Below, piece by piece: positions 37,681 to 46,435 of a stretch of 61,400 bases of DNA (positions are counted from its first letter, which is position 1; each line of letters starts with the position of its first letter). The notes below the pieces were generated by a model, which ran no database searches, was not told the DNA's origin, and worked only from the letters and a program-made list of their open reading frames with translations. Made by a program: the position numbers and the translations under genes. Origin of the DNA: Candidatus Saccharimonadales bacterium (lineage in GTDB: Bacteria; Patescibacteriota; Saccharimonadia; Saccharimonadales; JACQNP01); the NCBI GenBank assembly GCA_041742395.1, contig JBGSIS010000024.1:1-61400 (forward strand), given 5' to 3'.

Positions 37681-39328
37681 CTAACCCAACCTCTCTATCA
37701 GAATTATGTTGTGTTGTGTCTCTTGTATCGCTATGCTCAACATCTAACCCTACCTTTTTTACAGTTAATGATGTTGCATACGCTGGAATCTTTCCGCATA
37801 TTCTTACTTTCTCCTTCGTTGCTATTACTTTATCAACTATTTTACGTACCGTAAAAAGCTTTTCATCGTAGCCCAGATTTTCTAGGTACTTCTTAAAAGG
37901 CTCTACAGACGATTCTAGATCTATCTCTCGCAGTTGGGCTAACTTATTCGCCTCTGGCTTATTGATCATGTCTAGCAGCTCTTTACGACGCCTCGCAACG
38001 CTATTCATCTGATCGGTATACACATCTTCAGACATTGTGCCCAGTCCCCAAGCTTTCACGTAACGACGTTCTTCTTGCTCAAGTGCTTTTTTCTGCATGA
38101 GTAGTTCGTCTTTTTTAGGGCTTTGTCCTACAAGTAGCTTTTTTTCTTCTGCGTAACGATCGAGCTGTTTCTGTAGTAGGGTAGGGTCTGTCATCAATTC
38201 GCACAGTTTAGCCCAACCCACTGCATCTAGTACCTGTACGTTTACTCCTGCTTCAAAACAGGTACGTGGCTTAGGGAACTTAAGTAGACGGTCAGTACAA
38301 CGGTAGTAGAAATGACCATTCTGACCCTCGCCAGTACGAGAAGTGCCGCAAGTACACTTTATCAAGCCACCGAACAGGTAAGGATTCTTCTTAAAGCGTT
38401 GGCTGAGTTTGCCATTACTCTTAATCTGAGATTGAACTTTTTGATAAAGCTCATCACTAATAATACGTGGTGCTTCTACTTCAAGCCATTCTTCACGAGG
38501 TCTGGTTTTACGGCTACCTTTCAATGAATGACGATGTTGATATTTCTTCTGGGTTTTAGCCATAGGATATTTGCTAATAACACTCTCAGACTTATAGTAA
38601 AAGTGCTTACCAATATATGTTTCGTTTTTCAGCATACGGTGTATTGGACCATTCGACCATGTGTCACGCTTCTGCTTTTTCGGTGGAATACCCATATCAT
38701 ATAAGCGACGGATTACTTCCTTAATAGATACACACTCGATACCAATCCATTCGAAGATCATTCTGACTACTTTGGCTTCTTCATCATTTATAACGAACTT
38801 ACCGTTGATCTTGTCATGACCTTTGCCTTTAATGGGTATGTAATCATACCCGTATGCAGCTTGATAACCGAGTAATTTTCCAGAACGAACCTTATTGAGT
38901 TTTCCAATACGAAAGCGTTCAGAAATTTTCATACGCTCATATTCATGGAACATTCCCATTACGCCGCCCATGAGCTTTTCTTCTGGTGATACACCGTTAA
39001 TGTCGTGTAAGCTATGAAACTCTATGCCTAACTGGCTTAGTTCATCTATTACTATTTCCTGATGGAAGAATATACGGGCAAGGCGGCCCTTGTCATAGAC
39101 ATATAAAATATCAAACTTCTTTTCGAGTGCGTCAGCCCTCATAAGATCAAGTGAGGGACGTTCTAGTATTGCACCTGACCAACCTTCATCAACATATATA
39201 CAGCTTTCAAGAAGAGAATTGCCATCTGATTCAATTTTTGGCTTAATCTCTGAAAGTTGGTTTTGTACAGTTTGTTCGTCTTTTTGAAGTTCGGTACTTA
39301 CCCTAGCGTAAAGTGCTGCACGTAACAT
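37625..39328 (-). CDS. large serine recombinase (integrase)
   Basis: Resolvase catalytic N-terminus AALYARVSTELQ. Recombinase domain. Zinc beta-ribbon CTCG...YYRC...C. Coiled-coil region. 567 aa. The 3-prime end runs 56 nt into ychF in another frame. Confidence 0.9.
   Translation of the reverse strand: MLRAALYARVSTELQKDEQTVQNQLSEIKPKIESDGNSLLESCIYVDEGWSGAILERPSLDLMRADALEKKFDILYVYDKGRLARIFFHQEIVIDELSQLGIEFHSLHDINGVSPEEKLMGGVMGMFHEYERMKISERFRIGKLNKVRSGKLLGYQAAYGYDYIPIKGKGHDKINGKFVINDEEAKVVRMIFEWIGIECVSIKEVIRRLYDMGIPPKKQKRDTWSNGPIHRMLKNETYIGKHFYYKSESVISKYPMAKTQKKYQHRHSLKGSRKTRPREEWLEVEAPRIISDELYQKVQSQIKSNGKLSQRFKKNPYLFGGLIKCTCGTSRTGEGQNGHFYYRCTDRLLKFPKPRTCFEAGVNVQVLDAVGWAKLCELMTDPTLLQKQLDRYAEEKKLLVGQSPKKDELLMQKKALEQEERRYVKAWGLGTMSEDVYTDQMNSVARRRKELLDMINKPEANKLAQLREIDLESSVEPFKKYLENLGYDEKLFTVRKIVDKVIATKEKVRICGKIPAYATSLTVKKVGLDVEHSDTRDTTQHNSDREVGLDAKHWNSRITKCRQIYAF
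37668..37692. repeat. direct repeat copy 1 (spans the ychF start codon and RBS-proximal region)
   Basis: CAATGCTTAGCATCTAACCCAACCT. 21 of 25 positions are identical to 37731-37755, offset 63 nt. Confidence 0.7.
37731..37755. repeat. direct repeat copy 2 (diverged duplicate of the ychF 5-prime end, inside the recombinase ORF)
   Basis: CTATGCTCAACATCTAACCCTACCT. On the minus strand this reads GGGTTAGATGTTGAGCATAGCGATA (MLSIAI), versus the ychF sequence GGGTTAGATGCTAAGCATTGGAATA (MLSIGI). Confidence 0.7.
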
Positions 39329-39534
39329 TATTTTGTTTCCTTAGATTTTTTAGTACTGCGTTTGGAGATGAAGCCGTCTAGTGCTTTTTGGCTGATGCGG
39401 TAACCCTTACCAAGTTTCAGAGCTTCTAATTCGCCATTCTTTATATAAGTAAGCACACTTTGCCAGTGTAATTTCAACAAATCTGCTACTTCTTGTACGG
39501 TGTAATATGTTTTATCTACCATGATGTTTACCAT
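39328..39534 (-). CDS. excisionase-family HTH DNA-binding protein (candidate directionality factor or regulator)
   Basis: YYTVQEVADLLKLHWQSVLTYIKNGELEALKLGKGYRI matches the excisionase/MerR-type HTH_17 pattern. Its stop overlaps the recombinase start by 1 nt. Confidence 0.75.
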   Translation of the reverse strand: MVNIMVDKTYYTVQEVADLLKLHWQSVLTYIKNGELEALKLGKGYRISQKALDGFISKRSTKKSKETK

Positions 39535-39563
39535 TATAAGCTTTTATAAACAAATATCAATGG

Positions 39564-39701
39564 TTACTCCTTAGTTAATTTTTCTATATATAGTAAGTAA
39601 CGGTCAAATAAATAGTTGAAAGCATCGTCAACAGCCTGAGTATCACCGTCATCGACGTACTCGTACTCAATTTCAGGTGGTGATACAGGCTTTCGGGGCA
39701 T
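39564..39701 (-). CDS. possible 45-aa acidic micro-protein
   Basis: Hand-translated: MPRKPVSPPEIEYEYVDDGDTQAVDDAFNYLFDRYLLYIEKLTKE. Starts 3 nt after the upstream stop codon. Confidence 0.3.
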   Translation of the reverse strand: MPRKPVSPPEIEYEYVDDGDTQAVDDAFNYLFDRYLLYIEKLTKE

Positions 39702-39703
39702 GA

Positions 39704-41881
39704 CTAAGCTTTCGGTTGCTCCTGAGTAGCTGACCCACCATGCTCACCACTATATTGTTCTGGTTCGAGGAGCTGAGGGAAAATCAGTTTGTTACGCTTA
39801 TCATTCGGGTCTTTTTCTTGTGTGATCAGACCTGCCGCTTCAAGCATAGGTAAGATTTGACGGCGTAGAATATCGTCGTTTGGTAAGCGTTGCTCTAGTT
39901 CATAGTGACGTTTGATTATCTCTTTACGACTAACACCTTCATCATTGACTGTTTGATGACCTGAGTTCTTTGCCATGTAGATCGGTAGTATGAATTTCTT
40001 ATAGAATTCATACGTGTAGGGGGGAATATTCAGCTCTTGGCTCTTATTAATCTTCTGCCAGACCTCAAAGCCCTGATCTACGTCAGTTGGTTGGGCTACT
40101 ATGTTACCTTTGTCATCACGACGAAACCAAACATTTAGTAACGCAATACATTTGATTATTGAAAGCAGGTGACTGACATCACGCTGGTGGCGTGGTTTAG
40201 TTGATTGAACATGGCTGAGAAAGCGACGCTCAATTTCATTAGGGTTGGGAACTATAACGTCATCGACGTGCTCAAGTTTAATTGCAAGAACACGGTCTTT
40301 TAGCTGTTGACGTTCAGGATTCGATTCAATATTCGCTAAGAATTCAACCTTATTGGCACTACGATGCGTCGCCATATGGATGCCTTCTTTTACTTTTTCA
40401 ATATTTGTCTCAGGGCTGAGTAAGATTGCACGAGTTGCTTCTTGTTCATCTAGACGCATACCTGCTGAACAAAATATTGTTGCAGGGAAGCCACGAATAA
40501 TTATATTCTTCGCACGGTTCGAACCCTTTTGATTCTTATCTGTTATTTTGTAGGAAATTTCTTTTTTATCGTGCGACATTACAGGACGTAGATTCTCCTG
40601 AAGCTTAGGGTTTGGTTGCTCCAAGAAGATTAAAATCTTACGTTCAAGATCAACGATGTGTACGTTACGTTCTTTATCAAAGCTTGCGTTGTCGTGGAAG
40701 AATGCCGTTGGAGACGCACCACCAAATTGACGTACATCTGCATCAGGGAAGTACTGTGCCACTTGCGTTGGAATGTATGTCTTACCAGTTGAGGATGGTG
40801 CGTTAAAGCTTACATTGAGCTGGCAGTCTTCTGTATATGCTGAGAGCATACATAAGAAGCTAACGAGCTTGTTCTCGTTGTCGTGCTTTATGGTGAGGTC
40901 GAGGATTGATGCGAGGTCGGTTGTGGTTATTTCTTCAAACGAGCTAACGTCTATCGGTTTTGGACCAGAGCGTAGCACCCCATTCTTAAATAAATGATCA
41001 GGGTCGGCGTAAGGTAACTTAAGATAATCTGTAATGTCACCATGTTCACCAACTTCATCAGGTAGAGTAATTTGCAGTACAGATGTTGAGGGAAGTGCTT
41101 TAGACAGTTTTTCAATTAGCTCATCTGCACCTTGTTTCCCTGCATCATCGTTGTCGTAACAAACGTATAAATGACGAACAAAGCTGAGCTGCTCGATCCA
41201 CTCATTTTTGAAGGTACGAGCACCTGCCGTTGATGATATGGCTGGTATACCGAAAGCACGAAGTACAAGACAATCAAATTCACCTTCACAGATGATAAGT
41301 TGATCGGGCATATCTTTAAGTACTTCTACGTTGAATAATGCTGCTTCACCACCCGTGCCCATATACTTTGGACCATCAGAGGGTAGGAAAGGGTCTTGAC
41401 GTAGCTTCATGAAAAGCACGTTGCCTGTAGCATCACGAACGGGTATTGTTATCCAGCTACTTCCATAAAAAACTCCATAACCTAACTGAAAATCGTCAAT
41501 ATCTTCATCTAATAAGAGACGCTCATTCTTCAACCATTCACGAATGTTGAGGGGTAGTTGCTTGTGGTAGTTCAGGGCAAGTTTTGTCTTACTCGTAACA
41601 GGATTGTTGTTTTGACGAGGCAGGTCGGATGTATTTAGACCTAAGCTTTCACGTAAGCCCTTCATACCACCTTTTTCACCACACTTGTGACAGAAGTATT
41701 GACCTGTATCTGCGTTAATATACAGGTGAGCTTCATTACCACGACTATCAGCATCACAGTTATTGAAGATACAGTGAGTGACAAGTTCTTGACCACGTTC
41801 ACGGTAGTCGATGTTTTTAGAATCTAAAAGTTCTTTGGGGTTATTATTTGGATTTTCGTGCATTACGTTCCTCTGTTTCAT
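39704..41881 (-). CDS. replication protein: zinc-finger + Toprim primase domain fused to a P-loop NTPase (helicase-like)
   Basis: Cys motifs CIFNNCDAD...FCHKCGEKGG. Toprim LIICEGEFDCL and VCYDNDDAGKQG. Walker A-like NAPSSTGKTY. 725 aa. Confidence 0.75.
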   Translation of the reverse strand: MKQRNVMHENPNNNPKELLDSKNIDYRERGQELVTHCIFNNCDADSRGNEAHLYINADTGQYFCHKCGEKGGMKGLRESLGLNTSDLPRQNNNPVTSKTKLALNYHKQLPLNIREWLKNERLLLDEDIDDFQLGYGVFYGSSWITIPVRDATGNVLFMKLRQDPFLPSDGPKYMGTGGEAALFNVEVLKDMPDQLIICEGEFDCLVLRAFGIPAISSTAGARTFKNEWIEQLSFVRHLYVCYDNDDAGKQGADELIEKLSKALPSTSVLQITLPDEVGEHGDITDYLKLPYADPDHLFKNGVLRSGPKPIDVSSFEEITTTDLASILDLTIKHDNENKLVSFLCMLSAYTEDCQLNVSFNAPSSTGKTYIPTQVAQYFPDADVRQFGGASPTAFFHDNASFDKERNVHIVDLERKILIFLEQPNPKLQENLRPVMSHDKKEISYKITDKNQKGSNRAKNIIIRGFPATIFCSAGMRLDEQEATRAILLSPETNIEKVKEGIHMATHRSANKVEFLANIESNPERQQLKDRVLAIKLEHVDDVIVPNPNEIERRFLSHVQSTKPRHQRDVSHLLSIIKCIALLNVWFRRDDKGNIVAQPTDVDQGFEVWQKINKSQELNIPPYTYEFYKKFILPIYMAKNSGHQTVNDEGVSRKEIIKRHYELEQRLPNDDILRRQILPMLEAAGLITQEKDPNDKRNKLIFPQLLEPEQYSGEHGGSATQEQPKA

Positions 41882-42134
41882 ATGTCTTATACACGTTTTT
41901 CATTGCGGCCATGAGCTTGTCTGTAGCAGTTCCTTTTTTCTGCCCGTAGTAATCCGTAACAGCTTTCTCAATACTGCTAGTTATTACGAAATGGTAGATT
42001 AGATGACGAGTTCCTTCTTTCGGGTGCATACAAATTAGCTTGTAGCCTGAATTCATCAACCACATAGCCAAATCTGCTTCTTCGGTATCGAAGCTGCTGA
42101 TGCCCTCATTCTTATTTCTTATTACTGTCCCCAT
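41844..42134 (-). CDS. hypothetical small protein (DUF5659-like, tentative)
   Basis: The ORF opens at 42158 (GTG), but the ATG at 42134 follows AAGGA. ADLAMWLMNSGYKLICMHPKEGTRHLIYHF resembles small phage/plasmid proteins of that family as I recall them. Confidence 0.4.
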   Translation of the reverse strand: MGTVIRNKNEGISSFDTEEADLAMWLMNSGYKLICMHPKEGTRHLIYHFVITSSIEKAVTDYYGQKKGTATDKLMAAMKNVYKTYETEERNARKSK

Positions 42135-42339
42135 TGTTTGTCCTTTCTTAAGACGCACTGAACAAGCCGTTAGGGCGTATAGCTCTACCGTTCTGTTCGT
42201 TAATATTTAGTTTGTGACCACCAAGTTTTAGATAACTTAATGTTACCTTCTAATTTTATAACACCATAAAAAATCCCGCTGTCAATGCCGAGCTAAAACG
42301 AAAAATCAATGATTAAAATCGAGCTACCACGAATTTCAG

Positions 42340-43131
42340 TTATGCTTTAGCTAATCTGATCAGCTCGATCTGCTCGTCGCTAAGTTCAACAGTCGATCTC
42401 ACAATTACAGCTTTCGGAAATGCGGTCACAAAAGGAGATAATGGTTTGCCAGCACCAAAATGTGAAGTCCTGATTTGGTCTTTAATATTAAATTTCGCAG
42501 GGACTTTAATTTTAAGCTCCTTGAGTTCTGACTTGATAGTGTCAAAATCAATCTGTTCATTTGGGTGATTAGATAAGCAATGAGCAATTATGCTAAGTAT
42601 TGGTCCGTCTCTCATTGAGCTGAAATGGTACTTCGTCTCACCAACAGTTACTACAGGTATTGAGAAGCCTTCTATAGATAGTTTGGCGTTCATCTTGTCC
42701 AGTTCATACTGAAAAGCTTTGATGTTGTTGTCAGCTTCAGATAGAAGCTTCTGTATTATTGGCGGAATTACTGGCTTTGATATACCCGCTTTAATACAGA
42801 GAGTTGTTACGTCTGCATTATGTTGTTGACCGTAGTCTGACCCTGAATTTGCATATTCAAAAGCTATCGTTTTGTACTCTCCAATATTTTCATGAAATAA
42901 TTCGATATTTGGCATTACCCGCCAGCAAATATCGCCACGAACATTCTGAAGTTCTGGTTGGCGGTCGTAGATTTGTATGAGTTCTTCTCTCAGTAAGACG
43001 TAACTATGATTAAGAGCTGAAAAGTCGGGTAGTTCTTTCAGTGTATCCAAGAGGTAGAACATATGAATCTCACGTTCGTTGAGAACTCTTGCTAAGGCGT
43101 AATCATTGGCAGTTTCAGTATTTTCACTCAT
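42340..43131 (-). CDS. hypothetical island protein
   Basis: 263 aa from the ATG at 43131 (MSENTETAN). On the minus strand TATAAT (43146-43141) lies 9 nt upstream. No family recognised. Confidence 0.5.
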   Translation of the reverse strand: MSENTETANDYALARVLNEREIHMFYLLDTLKELPDFSALNHSYVLLREELIQIYDRQPELQNVRGDICWRVMPNIELFHENIGEYKTIAFEYANSGSDYGQQHNADVTTLCIKAGISKPVIPPIIQKLLSEADNNIKAFQYELDKMNAKLSIEGFSIPVVTVGETKYHFSSMRDGPILSIIAHCLSNHPNEQIDFDTIKSELKELKIKVPAKFNIKDQIRTSHFGAGKPLSPFVTAFPKAVIVRSTVELSDEQIELIRLAKA

Positions 43132-43225
43132 TTGGTAACTATTATAAGTGATTTGTAACAACTTACAGAATAGCCAATCTGAGATAATAGAAAGAGGGGA
43201 CTAATACAAAAAAGAGGAGTCTAAT

Positions 43226-43456
43226 ATGATTAAAAAGACAATCAGCAATCGTCATAAAATAACCTACTTGACATTAGTCAACATTGCCGACGATATTCAA
43301 CACAATAATAGCGTGGCTGAGGTTTGTAGGAAAAACCGAATCAGCCGCCAAACATTCTATTATTACTTAAATAATGAACCCGAATTCACGCAGTTAATAA
43401 TTAAAGCCTACGAGTACCAAAGCAAAATTCCGACACCATTTTTTACGACTCGTTGA
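43226..43456 (+). CDS. small HTH DNA-binding protein
   Basis: VAEVCRKNRISRQTFYYYL helix-turn-helix. SD AGAGGAG upstream. Divergent from the 42340-43131 gene. Confidence 0.6.
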   Translation: MIKKTISNRHKITYLTLVNIADDIQHNNSVAEVCRKNRISRQTFYYYLNNEPEFTQLIIKAYEYQSKIPTPFFTTR

Positions 43457-43941
43457 TCTGACACTTTAGCGAAAACTTGCACCCTTTCACTGGGTTTTTA
43501 ATAGATTTCTGTCAGATAACCATGCTCGTATATTTCGTCAATCGCATTAGTCCTGTTACGATCAAAATATGAAACCACCGAAAAGAAAAAAACCGCCAGT
43601 TGATACTGACGAAATAATTACGGTTATATTACCCATAATTAACAGTTAAAAAATGGCGTTAGGCGTAAATAGCTCCAAAAAAATTCTTAGGGTATCACTC
43701 ATTGATTTTCAAAAATTAATAATGAACGAGATACTCTGTTAATATACATGCTTTGTGGCGCATTTACAGCATCGTGGAGCGGTTTCTGACCCAAAGATGA
43801 GTATATGTTCGTCTTTGATTTTTGTACTCTGTTTTCAGGGTGCTTTTGTGATATAGTAAGTATCAATTATGACAACAGTTTCAGGCTAACAAAAAGTGTG
43901 CCCATAACATATTATTTTCCTAGACCCATTATTGCAACGGA

Positions 43942-44337
43942 TTAGTGGAAAATAATACCAGTCACTACTAAGGCATTTGCAGTCACAAGTGGTATATACA
44001 CCATCATTAGTGGTTTAGTTTTATGCTTAATGGCGTAGATTGCCATAGTTGATGATGCAAACAGCATAAGTGACCAAGTAATAATTGATAATCCTTCGCC
44101 CTTACCAAGCACCCACACGTTGTATGCCTGTATAAATACGGCCAGTGGGATAAGTGGACCGCTAAATACAATTAGATGGTCGATAAAGCTTATTTGCGTA
44201 TCACCACTGCGTTTTCTCAAGCTGAGGTGATGGTCTGCTACAGTACATTTATCGATTTGTTTTTTGTTATTTGTTTTGACTTTGCCATTTATTGATACTC
44301 TGGATTTTCGCTTTTTGCATTGGTAACGTGTTGCCAT
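43942..44337 (-). CDS. PQ-loop/SemiSWEET-like small membrane protein
   Basis: FIQAYNVWVLGKGEGLSIITWSLMLFASSTMAIYAI resembles the PQ-loop repeat. Three TM helices. The ATG at 44337 overlaps the upstream gene by 49 nt. The alternative TTG at 44220 gives a 92-aa product. Confidence 0.45.
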   Translation of the reverse strand: MATRYQCKKRKSRVSINGKVKTNNKKQIDKCTVADHHLSLRKRSGDTQISFIDHLIVFSGPLIPLAVFIQAYNVWVLGKGEGLSIITWSLMLFASSTMAIYAIKHKTKPLMMVYIPLVTANALVVTGIIFH

Positions 44338-45026
44338 CCCTCAGTAGTATTGCCGACATCAGGTATCCCGCCATTATCTTTGAGCATACGCGCAGTATGC
44401 ATAAGGTTCCATGCCATGAAAGTGGTGTTTCGGTTGGTGAAGTCATTATTAAAACCTACTGGTGGGTTAATTTTCTTGCCATCCCACTCGGTATCTCCGT
44501 AGCTTGCTCCTGGGCCTGCTTCGCCAATCCAACCACAATCTGCTTGCGGTGGAACCATATAACCAATGTGCTGCAGTGCATATAGAATATCCATAGCACA
44601 GTGCTTTATGCCATCTTCATTGCCAGTAATTACACAGCCACCTGTTTTGCCATAGTAGAGGTACTGGCCTTTGTCGTTTCTATCACCGCTATAGGCATAC
44701 ATACGCTCAATAAGAAGTGTCGCTACACTAGACTTAACACCCAGCCAAATCGGCGTACCAATTACCAAAATATCTGCTTCTAGTATTTTCTGCTGGATTT
44801 TAGGCCAATCATCTTTTTGACCTTCGTCTTTGCCATCTTTAATCATTCCAAACGCTATTTCATTGTCCAGGGCGTAGACATGCTCTACTTGGACGCCTTG
44901 TGCCTCCATTATTCTTGCTGACTTATTCATCAGTAGTTGGGTATGAGATTTGGTCTTATCTTTTTTGATGGAGCAGTTAATAAATAACGCTTTCAAATCA
45001 TTGTATGTAGTTTTTGGATCATTCAT
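44289..45026 (-). CDS. flavodoxin-like fold NAD(P)H-dependent oxidoreductase
   Basis: ADILVIGTPIWLGVKSSVATLLIERM and GKTGGCVITGNEDG are typical of the FMN-reductase/flavodoxin family. Confidence 0.7.
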   Translation of the reverse strand: MNDPKTTYNDLKALFINCSIKKDKTKSHTQLLMNKSARIMEAQGVQVEHVYALDNEIAFGMIKDGKDEGQKDDWPKIQQKILEADILVIGTPIWLGVKSSVATLLIERMYAYSGDRNDKGQYLYYGKTGGCVITGNEDGIKHCAMDILYALQHIGYMVPPQADCGWIGEAGPGASYGDTEWDGKKINPPVGFNNDFTNRNTTFMAWNLMHTARMLKDNGGIPDVGNTTEGWQHVTNAKSENPEYQ

Positions 45027-45129
45027 TGTTTTTTATTATACCGCTTTTGGTCTTTATCCTCAGTTTTGATATTATAGTTTAGTAGTTGCTAAAGTATTTA
45101 ATAACTATATCAATTGTACACCCATTTAT

Positions 45130-45834
45130 ATGAACAGAAAATACATAACATTGATTGTACTTATTATTTTAGCCATCGTTGGCTGGTTCCTGTTTAGTTT
45201 TCTAAATAATGGCGTGCAAAATAACGACTTGGAGCCAATCTCTAGGTCTGAAACTACAATAGACACCCAAGGTAGTACTGATACTCAATCGGCTATATTA
45301 ACAATCGGCAATCCGAATGCAAAAGTAACAATTATTGAGTACGCAGACTATAAGTGTCCCGAATGCGGAAAGTATCATCAAAGTGCCGGTCAACAGATTC
45401 GAAAAGACTACGTCGATACCGGACGTGCAAAGATTGTTTTTCGACCATATCCTGTTTATGCAGAAGATGGTGCTAAGGCTCTAGCTGGCTCGTACTGCGC
45501 TCAAAATCAAGGCAAGTTTGTTGAATACCATGACGCTCTATTTGAATATATGTGGGTTAATCATTTTAGACAAAAGGATTACCAGAAAGCAATCGACCCT
45601 GTGTTAACCGAACCAGTTATGAGAGATATACTAAAAACACTCGGGATGAACTTTGATACATATACCGCATGCTTGAACAGCGAAGCGACCAAGAAGGCCT
45701 ATGAAGACGATATATACCTCGCAGCCCCTGACGAGATTCAGGGTACTCCAAGCTTTATTATTGGCGGCCAGAAGATTGTTGGGCCGCAGCCGTACAACGT
45801 GTTTAAAACATTATTGGATATACAACTACGATGA
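45130..45834 (+). CDS. membrane-anchored DsbA-like thiol:disulfide oxidoreductase
   Basis: N-terminal anchor ITLIVLIILAIVGWFLF. Active site YKCPECGKYH. cis-Pro region GTPSFIIGG. Confidence 0.8.
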   Translation: MNRKYITLIVLIILAIVGWFLFSFLNNGVQNNDLEPISRSETTIDTQGSTDTQSAILTIGNPNAKVTIIEYADYKCPECGKYHQSAGQQIRKDYVDTGRAKIVFRPYPVYAEDGAKALAGSYCAQNQGKFVEYHDALFEYMWVNHFRQKDYQKAIDPVLTEPVMRDILKTLGMNFDTYTACLNSEATKKAYEDDIYLAAPDEIQGTPSFIIGGQKIVGPQPYNVFKTLLDIQLR

Positions 45835-46424
45835 AATTACCACTAAAGCTCAAGTTTAAAATTGTGTTGCGTGCCGTTGTCACAGTTCTGAGAAGGCCAA
45901 AGTATATTATTTTGTCGATTATCTCTACGCTTGCTATGGCCGGAATTATAATATGGTCGCTGAACTTGGAACTACTCGGCTATATACTGTTCCAAGCACC
46001 ACTTGATCTGTTCGGTAAAATTGATTTTATTGCCTACGGTTATCAGAGTCTTTTTACCACCTACGATAATTTACTTTCGCTCGGCATCATAGTATTTACG
46101 GTATTCTTCGGTATTAACATAGCAATGTTGGTGTACGTTATTAAACGTCAAGGCATGAAGGCAGTCCCAAAAAAGAGTGGCGGCGGTGCCTTTATATTTG
46201 CAATATTAGGTGGTGGTTGCGTAGCCTGCGGTACTTCATTAGTTGCCCCTCTGTTAGCGTCATTCGGCGCTGTGTCTGCACCATTCTTAAGAGATCTGGG
46301 GGCTATCTTCAACTGGCTAGGCAGCCTTCTAATTATCTACTCAATTTATAAATTAAGTTTGCTTATATCTGTACCACCAGTAACCAACACGGTGCACAGT
46401 GGCAATAAAAGTAACAGTGAATAG
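45831..46424 (+). CDS. polytopic membrane protein with a single intramembrane CxxC (GGGCVACGT)
   Basis: About 4 predicted TM helices. The only two Cys are C130/C133. Start overlaps the upstream DsbA stop (ATGA). The second DsbA gene follows 12 nt later. Confidence 0.6.
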   Translation: MKLPLKLKFKIVLRAVVTVLRRPKYIILSIISTLAMAGIIIWSLNLELLGYILFQAPLDLFGKIDFIAYGYQSLFTTYDNLLSLGIIVFTVFFGINIAMLVYVIKRQGMKAVPKKSGGGAFIFAILGGGCVACGTSLVAPLLASFGAVSAPFLRDLGAIFNWLGSLLIIYSIYKLSLLISVPPVTNTVHSGNKSNSE

Positions 46425-46435
46425 AAGGAGCCTGT

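Noticed and set aside
45831-46424. Calling the CxxC membrane protein VKOR or DsbB.
   Set aside because: Both families need a second, loop-located Cys pair. This protein has only C130 and C133, and none of the other VKOR or DsbB landmarks that I can recognise.
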